In this document: positions 1-9,816 of the stretch, piece by piece
Numbering within the stretch: the first letter of the stretch is position 1
How the letters are laid out: every line of letters starts with the position of its first letter
Assembly: GCA_902773225.1 (NCBI GenBank)
Contig: CACYEC010000077.1
Location: forward strand, 1 to 52,355
Length of the DNA: 52,355 nucleotides
Origin: an uncultured Bacteroidales bacterium
GTDB taxonomy: Bacteria; Bacteroidota; Bacteroidia; Bacteroidales; Bacteroidaceae
Direction of reading: 5' to 3'
Position numbers and translations under genes: made by a program
Notes under the pieces: model-generated
Databases searched by the model: none
What the model saw: the letters and a program-made list of their open reading frames with translations, nothing else
Told to the model about the DNA's origin: nothing

Positions 1-19
1 ACTCGGTGGAGCTTGGACC

Positions 20-523
20 ATGATGTTCGCTGGTGCGATGATCAGTATCCGCACTGGCAGCTCATTGGCCACCCTACTGATGTTGGTTGCCGCCCTCGCG
101 TGCATTGTCCTTCCCTTTTACTTTGCCTCCCGCTATAAGAACAAACCTTTCAATGGCGAGAGCGGCATCAGTTATTTCCATGCGCTCTATTTCTCCTTCA
201 TCATGTTCTTCTATGCCAGCATGATATCTGCCGCCGTAACCTTCATCTACTTCCAGTGGATGGACGATGGTGCCTTTATCGACAGCATTTATGCCGCTAT
301 CGCCGAGATAGAAAAGGGCAAAGACAGTCTTCCTCCGGGTATGACAGAAATGCTGGAGAAGGAAAAAGACATGATTAACCAAATTGCAGGCATACAAATC
401 AAACCTATCGAGCAAGCCCTCGGCATGTTTAACCAGGGATTGATTAGCGGTTTGATTGTCTCTGTCGTTACAGCGCTATTCGCCAAGCGTGATCCCGACT
501 CCACCCCACCCCCGATTCCCTGA
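20..523 (+). CDS. Small multi-pass membrane protein (DUF4199-like). The frame is open to the left window edge, so the true start may lie upstream.
   Basis: 167-aa ORF with several hydrophobic helices (LATLLMLVAALACIVLPFYF, YFSFIMFFYASMISAAVTFIYF, LISGLIVSVVTALFA). No in-frame stop between nt 2 and 20. Lies directly upstream of a GT2 gene. The family name is from memory of Bacteroidales annotations, not from a search. Confidence 0.6.
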   Translation: MMFAGAMISIRTGSSLATLLMLVAALACIVLPFYFASRYKNKPFNGESGISYFHALYFSFIMFFYASMISAAVTFIYFQWMDDGAFIDSIYAAIAEIEKGKDSLPPGMTEMLEKEKDMINQIAGIQIKPIEQALGMFNQGLISGLIVSVVTALFAKRDPDSTPPPIP

Positions 524-547
524 AAACAGAAAACAAACCGACAACAA

Positions 548-1501
548 ATGGATATATCAGTAGTAGTGCCCCTCTACAACGAGGAGGAATCGCTCCCCGA
601 ACTCCACGCCTGGATCAAGCGTGTGATGGAAGCCAATCATTTCAGTTATGAGATAATCTTCGTCAACGACGGCAGTACCGACCGTTCATGGCAAGTGATA
701 GAAGAACTGGGTGCTCAGTACCCCGAAGTCAAAGGCATCAAGTTCCGTCGTAACTACGGTAAGTCCCCCGCCCTGTTCTGTGGTTTCGAGAAAGCACAGG
801 GGGATGTAGTCATCACCATGGACGCCGACCTACAGGACAGTCCTGACGAGATACCCGAACTGCGCCGTATGATTGTGGAAGAGGGCTACGACCTGGTGAG
901 CGGCTACAAGAAGAAACGCTATGACCCATTGTCGAAGACCATCCCCACCAAGCTTTTCAACGCCACTGCCCGCAAGGTATCGGGCATCAAAAACCTCCAC
1001 GACTTCAATTGCGGTCTGAAAGCTTATAGAAAAGACGTGGTAAAGCACATAGAGGTCTATGGTGAGATGCACCGCTACATTCCCTATCTGGCCAAGAACG
1101 CCGGTTTCGACAAGATTGGCGAGAAAGTAGTGCATCACCAGGCCCGGAAGTACGGCAAGACAAAGTTTGGTCTTAACCGTTTCGTCAACGGCTACCTCGA
1201 CCTGCTCTCCCTTTGGTTCCTCTCGAGTTACGGCGTGAAGCCCATGCACGTCTTTGGTTTCGTTGGTTCCCTGATGTTCATCATCGGTTTCATCGCTGTG
1301 ATTGTGGTGGGTGTTTTGAAACTGATTTCCCTCTCAAAGGGCATCTACGGTTTCCTGGTGACTAACTCCCCCTACTTCTATATCTCGCTGACGATGATGA
1401 TTCTCGGCACCCAGCTCTTCGTGGCAGGTTTCCTCGGCGAACTCATCTCCCGAAACAGCAGCGAGCGCAATAAATACGAAATCGAGAAAACCATAGACTG
1501 A
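548..1501 (+). CDS. Family-2 glycosyltransferase of the polyprenyl-phosphate sugar transferase type (DPM1/ArnC/GtrB-like) with a C-terminal membrane anchor
   Basis: GT-A signature VVVPLYNEEESL ... FVNDGSTD ... TMDADLQD (DxD). Two C-terminal TM helices (FGFVGSLMFIIGFIAVIVVGV and YFYISLTMMILGTQLFVAGFLG). Confidence 0.85.
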   Translation: MDISVVVPLYNEEESLPELHAWIKRVMEANHFSYEIIFVNDGSTDRSWQVIEELGAQYPEVKGIKFRRNYGKSPALFCGFEKAQGDVVITMDADLQDSPDEIPELRRMIVEEGYDLVSGYKKKRYDPLSKTIPTKLFNATARKVSGIKNLHDFNCGLKAYRKDVVKHIEVYGEMHRYIPYLAKNAGFDKIGEKVVHHQARKYGKTKFGLNRFVNGYLDLLSLWFLSSYGVKPMHVFGFVGSLMFIIGFIAVIVVGVLKLISLSKGIYGFLVTNSPYFYISLTMMILGTQLFVAGFLGELISRNSSERNKYEIEKTID

Positions 1502-1509
1502 TTCAAGAC

Positions 1510-2124
1510 GTGAGAAAACGTAGAAAACACCCTATTACCACGATGTTCATGTCAGTGCTGACCTTAACAGCAGCGCTGGCCGTGGCATGCTCGAGCAACA
1601 ACTGCCCGCTCGACAACACAGTGACCTGCAACTACTATTTCTACGACAGCAACGACAACCCCATCAGTCTTTATGACACCCTAACCGTGAGTGTCCTGTT
1701 GCCAGGACACGACACCCTCTACACCTACAGAATTGTGGGTTATCCCACCATCACCTCCAAGACACGCATTGACAGCCTCGTCAGCCAAGGATACAAGGAA
1801 GTAGTCAGCATCATACGGCACGACTCCATCCTCATCAACCAAGTGGTCAACGCATCCCACTTAGAGTTGCCCATGGCCTATTTCAACAAGGCCGACACAC
1901 TGGTCTTCGACTATTTCAACCTCAGGAATAACGACACCATCTACATCGACCACGACAATATGCCCCAGGTCAACCTACCCGAGTGCGGTTCCTATATGTT
2001 CCACAGAATCACCGGTGTAAAAAACACCAACGCGGCAATCGACAAGTTAGAGATCACCAACCCCAACGTCAACTATGAACGCAAAGAGAACATCAGGATT
2101 CACTTCGCTGGCACTATTGAGTAG
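1510..2124 (+). CDS. Lipoprotein of unknown function (possibly DUF6452-like)
   Basis: GTG start at 1510. An internal ATG at 1543 gives MFMSVLTLTAALAVAC, a typical lipobox. No catalytic motif recognised. Confidence 0.55.
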   Translation: MRKRRKHPITTMFMSVLTLTAALAVACSSNNCPLDNTVTCNYYFYDSNDNPISLYDTLTVSVLLPGHDTLYTYRIVGYPTITSKTRIDSLVSQGYKEVVSIIRHDSILINQVVNASHLELPMAYFNKADTLVFDYFNLRNNDTIYIDHDNMPQVNLPECGSYMFHRITGVKNTNAAIDKLEITNPNVNYERKENIRIHFAGTIE

Positions 2125-2914
2125 CCTGATACTGCTCCTCAGCGTAGAGTTGCACGCCCAGGAGCCAGGCGAACGGCCCAAGCCCACCCTCTATGTGGTG
2201 GACAGCCTCAACGTGGAGCAGAAGCAGACCTTCTTCCAAGGTTTCACACTCTCGGGCGACCTCTTTGGACTCATTCAGAAATACACCTCCGACTACGGTG
2301 TCTTCGAGGGTGCCTTGCGCGTGAACTTCAAGAACAAGTATTTCCCCATCGTGGAAGCCGGGTACGCCATCTGCGAGACCACCAACGAAGACACGCACAT
2401 CAGTTACGAAACCAAAGCGCCATACCTACGTGCAGGACTCGACATCAACATGCTGAAAAACAAGTGGCAGAACAACCGTCTTTACCTTGGCGCGAGATAC
2501 GGCATCTCCAAATTCAACTACGACATCAGTGGTCCTGAACAGACCGACAAGATTTGGGGAGTAAGCCAACCATTCCACTTCAAGGACATATCAACCACGG
2601 CACACTGGATAGAGTTCATAGCCGGCGTGCAGGTGAAGATATGGGGCAATTTCCACATGGGATGGAGTGTTCGGTTCAAGACAGCCATCAGCAAAGGTAG
2701 TACGGACTACGGCACACCATATTATATTCCAGGCTACGGCACCACCACCAGTGGCACTTGCTGGGGAGCGACCTACAACCTCAGTTTCGACCTCAACTGG
2801 GGACGGAAAAAGAACAAGACCATGTTGAATGCCGTGGTACATCCCGTGAGCCCCCAGTCGCCCCCCAAGCAACACAGAGTGGAGGACGAGCAGACGAAAG
2901 AAGAAACAGAATAA
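2075..2914 (+). CDS. Exported, probable outer-membrane beta-barrel protein of unknown function (possibly DUF6048-like)
   Basis: Signal peptide ending LLLSVELHAQ. Alternating aromatic/hydrophobic strand-like segments and a charged C-terminal tail. Overlaps the upstream ORF by 50 nt in another frame. Confidence 0.55.
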   Translation: MNAKRTSGFTSLALLSSLILLLSVELHAQEPGERPKPTLYVVDSLNVEQKQTFFQGFTLSGDLFGLIQKYTSDYGVFEGALRVNFKNKYFPIVEAGYAICETTNEDTHISYETKAPYLRAGLDINMLKNKWQNNRLYLGARYGISKFNYDISGPEQTDKIWGVSQPFHFKDISTTAHWIEFIAGVQVKIWGNFHMGWSVRFKTAISKGSTDYGTPYYIPGYGTTTSGTCWGATYNLSFDLNWGRKKNKTMLNAVVHPVSPQSPPKQHRVEDEQTKEETE

Positions 2915-2968
2915 ACAGACAACCGCCAGCAACATGACGGCCTACAACCACATTATACCACGCCATTC

Positions 2969-4045
2969 ATGCGCATCGAACTGAAAGAAAGGACAGAACC
3001 GCGGAAAAAGCAATGGTGGCACATTCCACTTCTGCTTTTCCTCATCGCCGGCACCATCTACATCATCCGTACCAACAACCCCGACGGCACGCCCAAATCG
3101 GGTGCATGGCCACAGCAAGAGGTGCAGCGATGCGAAGGCGCTATTTTCGGCACCTTCTACCACATCACCTACCAGTATTCCCATGATATCGAGGACTCCT
3201 TGGTGGCCGTCATGAACGAGGTGGATCGTTCACTCTCCCCTTTCAATAAAGAATCCATCATTACAGCCGTGAACCACAATAAGGACATGGAGGTCAACGA
3301 GATGTTCAGCGAAGTGTTCATGTTGGCCAAACGTGTCAATGAGCAGACCTCAGGCGCTTTCGACATCACCGTCGCCCCATTGGTCAATGCATGGGGATTC
3401 GGTTTCCAGCACAAGGAAGACATCAGTGACGCACTGATAGACAGTCTGATGGAGACCGTAGGGATGGAGAAGGTGAACCTTGAAGGTAACAAGGTAGTGA
3501 AAACCGACCCGCGTGTCATGCTCGACTGTTCCGCCATCGCCAAAGGCTACGGCGTAGACGCCGTAGGGCGCGAACTGGAAAGACTTGGCGTGAAAAACTA
3601 CCTGGTTGAGATTGGAGGTGAGTTGCGTATGCGGGGCATCAATCCCTCGGGTGCCACATGGCGAGTGGGAATCAACAAACCCATTGAAGACCTCTCAGGC
3701 GAGACGAACGAGATAGAACAGGTTGTGGAACTGTCCAACCAGTCGATGGCCACATCCGGCAACTACCGCAACTACTATGAGGAAGGCGGGAAGAAGTATG
3801 CCCACACCATCGACCCAAAGACTGGACAGCCCGTCCAGCACAGCATTCTCTCATCCACAGTCATCGCCAATGACTGCGCCACAGCCGATGCCTATGCCAC
3901 TGCATTCATGGTTCTGGGACTCGACAGCGCCCGGCAGGTGCTCAACCATCATCCAGAACTGTCGGCATACTTCATCTATACCGACAGCATTGGCAACTAC
4001 GCCACTTGGAACAGTGATAAAATGGCAAAAAACCTTGTGGAATGA
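2969..4045 (+). CDS. apbE: FAD:protein FMN transferase (ApbE family)
   Basis: N-terminal membrane anchor plus ApbE-type motifs AFDITVAPLVNAWGFG, DCSAIAKGYGVD, ATSGNYRNY, HTIDPKTG and TADAYATAF. Confidence 0.85.
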   Translation: MRIELKERTEPRKKQWWHIPLLLFLIAGTIYIIRTNNPDGTPKSGAWPQQEVQRCEGAIFGTFYHITYQYSHDIEDSLVAVMNEVDRSLSPFNKESIITAVNHNKDMEVNEMFSEVFMLAKRVNEQTSGAFDITVAPLVNAWGFGFQHKEDISDALIDSLMETVGMEKVNLEGNKVVKTDPRVMLDCSAIAKGYGVDAVGRELERLGVKNYLVEIGGELRMRGINPSGATWRVGINKPIEDLSGETNEIEQVVELSNQSMATSGNYRNYYEEGGKKYAHTIDPKTGQPVQHSILSSTVIANDCATADAYATAFMVLGLDSARQVLNHHPELSAYFIYTDSIGNYATWNSDKMAKNLVE

Positions 4046-4109
4046 CATAAAAAGACTCAAGAGGAAATTAAAATGGCAAAAACACTGCTTTTATATCATT
4101 ATTAATGAC

Positions 4110-4117
4110 TATCTTTG
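4110..4117 (+). promoter_or_regulatory. Putative Bacteroidetes -7 promoter box for prs
   Basis: TATCTTTG matches the TAnnTTTG consensus and lies 46 nt upstream of the prs ATG. No clean -33 TTTG was seen. Confidence 0.4.
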
Positions 4118-4163
4118 CAAAGTAAACGCCAAAAAGAACAAAACCACATCAACATTATAAAAA

Positions 4164-5108
4164 ATGAATGAGATAGTAAGACCTTTCAAGGTTTTCTCGG
4201 GCACCAAGACCAAGTATCTCGCAGAGAAGATATGCCAGCAACTTGACTGCCCACTTGGTAACTTAGTCATCACCCACTTCGCCGACGGTGAGTTCAGTGT
4301 GTCGTTTGAAGAATCCATCCGAGGCAAGGACGTGTTTCTCGTTCAATCACCCTACCCCAACAGCGACAACCTCATGGAACTGCTTTTGATGATAGATGCC
4401 GCCAAGCGTGCTTCAGCCCGTTCCATCATCGCTGTATGTCCGTATTTCGGTTGGGCCCGTCAGGACAGAAAAGACAAGCCAAGGGTATCGATAGGTGCCA
4501 AACTGGTAGCAGACCTATTGAGCGTAGCAGGTATCAACAGATTGATTACCATGGATTTGCATGCCGACCAGATACAAGGTTTCTTTAATGTTCCCGTTGA
4601 CCACCTCTATGCTTCCAAGGTGATGCTTCCCTACATCGAATCGCTTCAATTAGAGAATCTCGTCATCGCCACTCCGGATGTCGGAGGTTCCAAACGCGCC
4701 AACACTTACGCCAAGTACTTGCAAGTGCCCCTGGTACTGTGCAACAAGACTCGCGCGAGAGCCAATGTGGTGGAGAACATCCAGATAATCGGTGACGTGA
4801 AAGACAAGAACGTGGTATTAGTTGATGACATGGTAGACACAGCCGGAACCATCACCCGTGCAGCCGACGAGATGTTCAAGGCAGGCGCTAAATCAGTACG
4901 TGCCATAGCATCCCATTGTGTGATGAGCGACCCCGCCACAGAAAGGGTTAGTAATTCCGCACTGACAGAGATTGTGTTCACCGACAGCATCCCCTACAAC
5001 CGTTCATGCGAAAAGGTGAAGCAGTTGTCGATAGCCAATATGCTCGCCAACGCCATCATCGCCGTTTCGACCAACCAATCCATCTCTGCCACCCAGTACA
5101 TCATCTGA
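4164..5108 (+). CDS. prs: Ribose-phosphate pyrophosphokinase (PRPP synthetase)
   Basis: Full-length match to the Prs pattern: FSG..., HFADGEF, PYFGWARQDRK, DLHADQIQGFF, and the PRPP loop VVLVDDMVDTAGT. Confidence 0.95.
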   Translation: MNEIVRPFKVFSGTKTKYLAEKICQQLDCPLGNLVITHFADGEFSVSFEESIRGKDVFLVQSPYPNSDNLMELLLMIDAAKRASARSIIAVCPYFGWARQDRKDKPRVSIGAKLVADLLSVAGINRLITMDLHADQIQGFFNVPVDHLYASKVMLPYIESLQLENLVIATPDVGGSKRANTYAKYLQVPLVLCNKTRARANVVENIQIIGDVKDKNVVLVDDMVDTAGTITRAADEMFKAGAKSVRAIASHCVMSDPATERVSNSALTEIVFTDSIPYNRSCEKVKQLSIANMLANAIIAVSTNQSISATQYII

Positions 5109-5130
5109 CACGACCACATCACCACAAAGC

Positions 5131-5168
5131 AAAAGCGCGGGCAAATCGAAAGATTTACCCGCGCTTTT
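5131..5168. terminator. Bidirectional rho-independent terminator between convergent prs and the Wza-like gene
   Basis: AAAA-GCGCGGG-(16-nt loop)-CCCGCGC-TTTT: a perfect 7-bp GC stem flanked by an A-run and a T-run. Confidence 0.7.
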
Positions 5169-5217
5169 GCTATGCTATTATATCTGTGGCTGGACGAAGA
5201 ACTGAAGAGTATGTTCC

Positions 5218-6030
5218 TTACTTGAGGATGTTGTAGAGCAAACTGGTCAGTGACACAAGGATTGAAGTAGCGGAGAACCAGAGACTGGTTTCAGAACCGA
5301 TGCCAGAGTTCTTGGCCTTAACCTTGTTAGGAGTGACATAGATGATATCGTTCTGTTGCAACTGATAGTAAGGCGAGTTGATGACATTGGCGTCGTTGAG
5401 GTTGAGTTCCACCACCTGCTTGCGTCCTGTAGCATCCTCGCGGATGAGTTTCACATTCTCGCGCTTGCCATGAATGGTGAGGTCGCGAGCCATGGCAAGA
5501 GCCTCGAAGATATTCACTTTTCCGTTAGTGACGGTATAAATTCCCGGCTGAGTCACCTCGCCCATCACTGCCACTTTGTAGTTAGACATAGTCACGGTGA
5601 CGATGGGTTTGTCCTTCAGGAATTGACCATGAAGTCTGTTGGCGATGTATTCCTCCAGTTCAGTCTTTGTCATTCCGACCACTTTGAGCATACCTAACTC
5701 AGGGAAATTGATTTCTCCTTGGTTGGACACAAGGTAAGTCTGGAGAGATGGCTGCTGTGTAGAAGTACGGCGCGACAAGTTGGCTGTGATCTCGGTCTGC
5801 ACTGTAAGGTTATAGATGGCAGTAGCCTCAGGGTCGCGAGGGCAGTTGACAGTGATGGTCAACTGATCCTTTGGCATAATCCTCGCATCGTAAAGACGTG
5901 TGCCTTCAGAGTAGTCCACGTATGCGCTGTTTTGGATGTAAGGCACATTCTTATAGGATGTACAAGAAGCGAAGAAGAGCATTTGTGCTCCGATAAGAGC
6001 CATGAATGCCAGATTGAATATCTTTCTCAT
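5218..6030 (-). CDS. Polysaccharide export outer-membrane lipoprotein, Wza family (copy 1, distal end of the locus)
   Basis: The ORF extends to 6054, but the ATG at 6030 gives MRKIFNLAFMALIGAQMLFFASC (lipobox). Poly_export/SLBB-like body (YIQNS..., ITV..., GEVTQPGIY, LQQNDIIYV). The putative -7 box at 6066-6073 leaves too short a leader for the 6054 start. Confidence 0.8.
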   Translation of the reverse strand: MRKIFNLAFMALIGAQMLFFASCTSYKNVPYIQNSAYVDYSEGTRLYDARIMPKDQLTITVNCPRDPEATAIYNLTVQTEITANLSRRTSTQQPSLQTYLVSNQGEINFPELGMLKVVGMTKTELEEYIANRLHGQFLKDKPIVTVTMSNYKVAVMGEVTQPGIYTVTNGKVNIFEALAMARDLTIHGKRENVKLIREDATGRKQVVELNLNDANVINSPYYQLQQNDIIYVTPNKVKAKNSGIGSETSLWFSATSILVSLTSLLYNILK

Positions 6031-6065
6031 ATCAATGTATGTATGTTTTATCATTAAATATTATG

Positions 6066-6073
6066 CAAAAGTA
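6066..6073 (-). promoter_or_regulatory. Putative -7 promoter box for Wza-like copy 1
   Basis: The plus strand reads CAAAAGTA, which is TACTTTTG on the minus strand (TAnnTTTG). It lies in the 193-nt gap after the last GT4 gene. Confidence 0.45.
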
Positions 6074-6247
6074 CAATTTTTCTCTGATATACGCACGAAT
6101 AAAGTGAAAAAGTTTGTCCTTTTGAGCCAAAGAACCGAAGTTTTGTGTTTTTGCAAGAAGAAAAGTTGGGAAAAAGAGTTGCCACGGCGTCAGAGGTGGT
6201 TGCGGACGATGTGCTTAAGGATATAGGGAACGTAGATTTTGGCTTCA

Positions 6248-7417
6248 TCACTTTCTCTCCCTACTTCGTCTTTTGTTATGTATCAAGGTCGTGAAAAGAT
6301 TCATTTGCATTGCGATGATCTTATCCATTGCAAACGCTTTCGACCTTTCAAGGGCAGCCTTACCCATCCGTCGCCTTAGTTCTTCATCTTCAATAAGATG
6401 GCAGATACATTTAGCCAACATGCCTTCATTGCCTAAAGCCACTAAGAAGCCATCTTTCCCATCTGTGACGATATCACTTGGTCCACATGGGCAAGCATAG
6501 CTGACGGCAGGCAAACCGCACGACATGGCTTCGAGCAAGACGAGCGCGAACCCTTCATACCGGGAACTCAGCACAAAAATCGATGCATCGGCAAATTTGC
6601 TCATAATGTCATCTGTATATCCCATCAGATGTACTTTGTCATTCAGACCGAGTGAATCAATCTGCTCTTCAAGCATATTCTTATCGCCTCCATCCCCCCA
6701 GATCATAAGTCGCCAATCTGGATGAATGCGTTCAACATGCCCCCATGCCCGTATCAGCGATGGATAGTTTTTCGGGTAAGTTAATCTACCAGCCGTCACA
6801 ACGACTTTATTTGTAAGAGTGGAGCGTTGATTATGCTTGACAGTCAATGGATTGGGCATGACTACAACCTTTTTGTCATTATTCCAATAACGATTCTTAT
6901 CCTCCTGGGTCAACACTGTAATACAGTCGTATTTTTTTATGAGAATACGATAATCCAAAAAATCACTCGCCCAGGCCATCAGCCTCCAATACCATCCATA
7001 AGCCGTTCTTCTGCGATAATCACTTGTATAATGAATCTCTCTAATAAATACAGGCTTTGACTTGACTTTCAAAAATGACAAAAAATACTTCTCCGAATAA
7101 CCAGTCGAGATGACGATATCGGGTTGTATTTCGTCGAGCGATTGTTTCAACCTCTTTTTGTGCAATGCTCTTTTCCCCAAAAAACCTTTCAAGACATACC
7201 ATTTCCCTTTCCAATCTTCTGCAGTATAATTGACGCCGAGATTCACGAAATTCACTTTTTCAGAGAGTAGTAGCGGAAAAAATGGTTTTCTGTGTTCCGC
7301 TGCCACTATCCAGACTTGATTTCCCTCCATATCTGCCAATGCATTGGCCTTAGCGATTGTGATTCTCTCGATTCCACCTAGATGACAAATCGCATCAATG
7401 CAATAAACAATCTTCAT
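6248..7417 (-). CDS. Glycosyltransferase family 4 (GT-B)
   Basis: C-terminal E-x7-E motif: RYEGFALVLLEAMSCGLPAVSYACPCGPSDIVTDGKDGFLV. Confidence 0.85.
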   Translation of the reverse strand: MKIVYCIDAICHLGGIERITIAKANALADMEGNQVWIVAAEHRKPFFPLLLSEKVNFVNLGVNYTAEDWKGKWYVLKGFLGKRALHKKRLKQSLDEIQPDIVISTGYSEKYFLSFLKVKSKPVFIREIHYTSDYRRRTAYGWYWRLMAWASDFLDYRILIKKYDCITVLTQEDKNRYWNNDKKVVVMPNPLTVKHNQRSTLTNKVVVTAGRLTYPKNYPSLIRAWGHVERIHPDWRLMIWGDGGDKNMLEEQIDSLGLNDKVHLMGYTDDIMSKFADASIFVLSSRYEGFALVLLEAMSCGLPAVSYACPCGPSDIVTDGKDGFLVALGNEGMLAKCICHLIEDEELRRRMGKAALERSKAFAMDKIIAMQMNLFTTLIHNKRRSRERK

Positions 7418-7584
7418 TATTGAAATATCGGTTTTAATGGGATAAAAAACAAATAATCCTCACTATTGGGCCAACATTGGTTATAATTGCCAACATGACA
7501 AATGAAGTGCTGAATCTTGTGCCTCGTTTCATCGTCTGGAATAGGCTCAATGGGCTTTCAGAGACCCCTAAATCTAACGTAAAT

Positions 7585-8715
7585 TCATGAGAGAGATGTA
7601 TAGAAATCAAGAAGGCTGTTCCATAAAGCACGCTGTTCGTATCGAGAGGCGATAAGCTGGCGTGCCTTGCCTGCCATTTGTCGGATTAGTCCAAGATTCT
7701 CGGCAAAACTCTTCATGGCCAGGAAAAGACTATCCTCGTCCTTGGGTGGTATAATCACTCCGTTTTCTCCCTGAATGATGATTTCATTCGCTCCATTGAT
7801 GTCAGTGGCAATAATGGGCAATCCCATCGCACCAGCCTGAAGCAAGACATTGGGGAATCCCTCTCTGTAACTCGGAAAGACAAATGCGTCGGATGCGGCG
7901 AGGAATGGGCGTATATCATCCTGCCAGCCCATGAAATCCACTTGGGGCGAGTTAAGGAAGAACTCCTTTGTTGCAGGTTGCACAGGGTCGAGTTTGTCCT
8001 CAAAAGACCCGACAATGAGCAAACGCACATTGGGATGGTCGCCCAGGAGTCGTTGTAGCGCATGCGCCAATTCGTTCATCCCCTTGTCGCCCACAACCCT
8101 ACCGACGAAACAGAAGGTGAACAAGTCGTCACGTTTGTATTTATGCGCCAGAGCCGACACCACTTCCGAAGGCTGGAAATAATCGAGGTCAATACCGTTG
8201 ACATTACCATTACCGATAATGACGAGTGGCTTGTTGGTGATTCTAGCCTGTTCGAGGTCGCGTTTCACTCCCTCACCTTCGGGATTAACCACAGTGGCGC
8301 AAGCACAAGTCAAACGGTCGGTGAGCATGAGTAACCTCCGTTTGAATCCCTTGGCGTAGGGGAAAAGAAGTCCTGTAAAAGTATGTACCCTAATCGGGAC
8401 ACCACTAATTCTCGCTGCCATCATGCAGAGCAAGCCAGCTTTGGGTGTGAGAGAATGGACCATCCACGGACGCTCGGTACGGAAAAGTTTGATTAGACGT
8501 ATCAGTGCTTTAAGGTCCTTGAAAGGAGAGATGTGACGCTCCATTGGCACAGCTTCAACGCGCACGCCTTCCCTAGTCGCCACAACCTGCAGATCATCGC
8601 CTGGTGAAGATACAGCCAAGACGTCGTAGTGCTGGGAGAGCATCTTCAATTGTCCCTTGAGCAAAATATTGAGCGACATGGGGATTGTGGATGCCCTTAT
8701 GATTTTGGTCTTCAT
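7585..8715 (-). CDS. Glycosyltransferase family 4 (WbuB/PglA-like)
   Basis: YREGFPNVLLQAGAMGLPIIATDINGANEIIIQGENGVIIP. The N-terminal half is typical of GT4 enzymes that usually sit next to an initiating sugar transferase. Confidence 0.85.
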   Translation of the reverse strand: MKTKIIRASTIPMSLNILLKGQLKMLSQHYDVLAVSSPGDDLQVVATREGVRVEAVPMERHISPFKDLKALIRLIKLFRTERPWMVHSLTPKAGLLCMMAARISGVPIRVHTFTGLLFPYAKGFKRRLLMLTDRLTCACATVVNPEGEGVKRDLEQARITNKPLVIIGNGNVNGIDLDYFQPSEVVSALAHKYKRDDLFTFCFVGRVVGDKGMNELAHALQRLLGDHPNVRLLIVGSFEDKLDPVQPATKEFFLNSPQVDFMGWQDDIRPFLAASDAFVFPSYREGFPNVLLQAGAMGLPIIATDINGANEIIIQGENGVIIPPKDEDSLFLAMKSFAENLGLIRQMAGKARQLIASRYEQRALWNSLLDFYTSLS

Positions 8716-9776
8716 GATTTACGTTGTCTAAATAAAGTCTTTACTTTATATCTGATAGCAAGATAAGCATTATCCAATCTTATCAATTGATGAAGCAGAG
8801 TCACATTCATAAGTTTGTTTTTGCGCCATCGGTCTATCACCCTGTATTTCCATCCAAAGACGGTAATATAATACTCACCAACATCATTGTACAAATCCGG
8901 GCATGAGGTCTTTAATTCTTCATCGAAACCTTTGATTAACTGCAAGTTCTGCTCGTCCACACGCTCCTGAACGAACACAAGCATGAAGATGGTGATGATA
9001 TAATTACGCAATGTCATTCTGGCATTGTTTTTCATCGGACTTCCTTGGTTGTGAAGATAAGCATGAAACATGTTGCGCAACACAGTTACCCTGTGTGACA
9101 TTTTCTTTTGCTCCAACTCCTTGCTCATGCTTTGCCCTTCCCTTCCTAACATATATTGGTATACTTTGAAATGGAAATAGCAAATCGTCTTTGCATCCAA
9201 CAAGGGGATGAACGACCATTCAGAGTCGGTGTAGAGGATACCTTCTGTTTGCTTGTAGTTGATACGGCGCAACAAATCGGTCTTGTAGGTCAAGCCATGC
9301 ATCATCAATAACCCAACAGTATTATTCTCGATGGTGACAACCTGGCCATGCACCAGATTCATGTTAACCGACTTGTAGAACACATTCCCTTGCGAATCCA
9401 CTTGATTAAAGTCAGTCACCACCACTTCCGCATCAATCCCATTGAGGGCATCGAGATACCGGCTGAATTCCTTGTTGTCGAAATAATCATCGGCATCAAG
9501 CACTCTGATATACTTACCCTTGGCTACCTTCAGTGCGGCGTTGATACAACTGCCATAATGGCCGTTCTGCTTGTCAATCACACGGAAAGAATTGGGGTAT
9601 TTTTCCTCGTATGTATGAGCGATGGCAGAAGTGGAGTCGTTGCTACCATCATTCACAATCATCACATCCAACCACTGCATTTGCTCTGCCCCGACTACCA
9701 AAGAGTCTAAGCAACGAGGCAGATAAGCCTCCATATTATAGGAAGGAATAATAATAGACAACAGTTTCAGCATCAT
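8712..9776 (-). CDS. Glycosyltransferase family 2
   Basis: IIIPSYNMEAYLPRCLDSL ... VNDGSNDST ... VLDADDYF (DxD). 4-nt overlap with the downstream GT4. Confidence 0.85.
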   Translation of the reverse strand: MMLKLLSIIIPSYNMEAYLPRCLDSLVVGAEQMQWLDVMIVNDGSNDSTSAIAHTYEEKYPNSFRVIDKQNGHYGSCINAALKVAKGKYIRVLDADDYFDNKEFSRYLDALNGIDAEVVVTDFNQVDSQGNVFYKSVNMNLVHGQVVTIENNTVGLLMMHGLTYKTDLLRRINYKQTEGILYTDSEWSFIPLLDAKTICYFHFKVYQYMLGREGQSMSKELEQKKMSHRVTVLRNMFHAYLHNQGSPMKNNARMTLRNYIITIFMLVFVQERVDEQNLQLIKGFDEELKTSCPDLYNDVGEYYITVFGWKYRVIDRWRKNKLMNVTLLHQLIRLDNAYLAIRYKVKTLFRQRKS

Positions 9777-9816
9777 TGATTGGGATTTCTAAAAACGTAA
9801 AACAATAAGGATGCCC

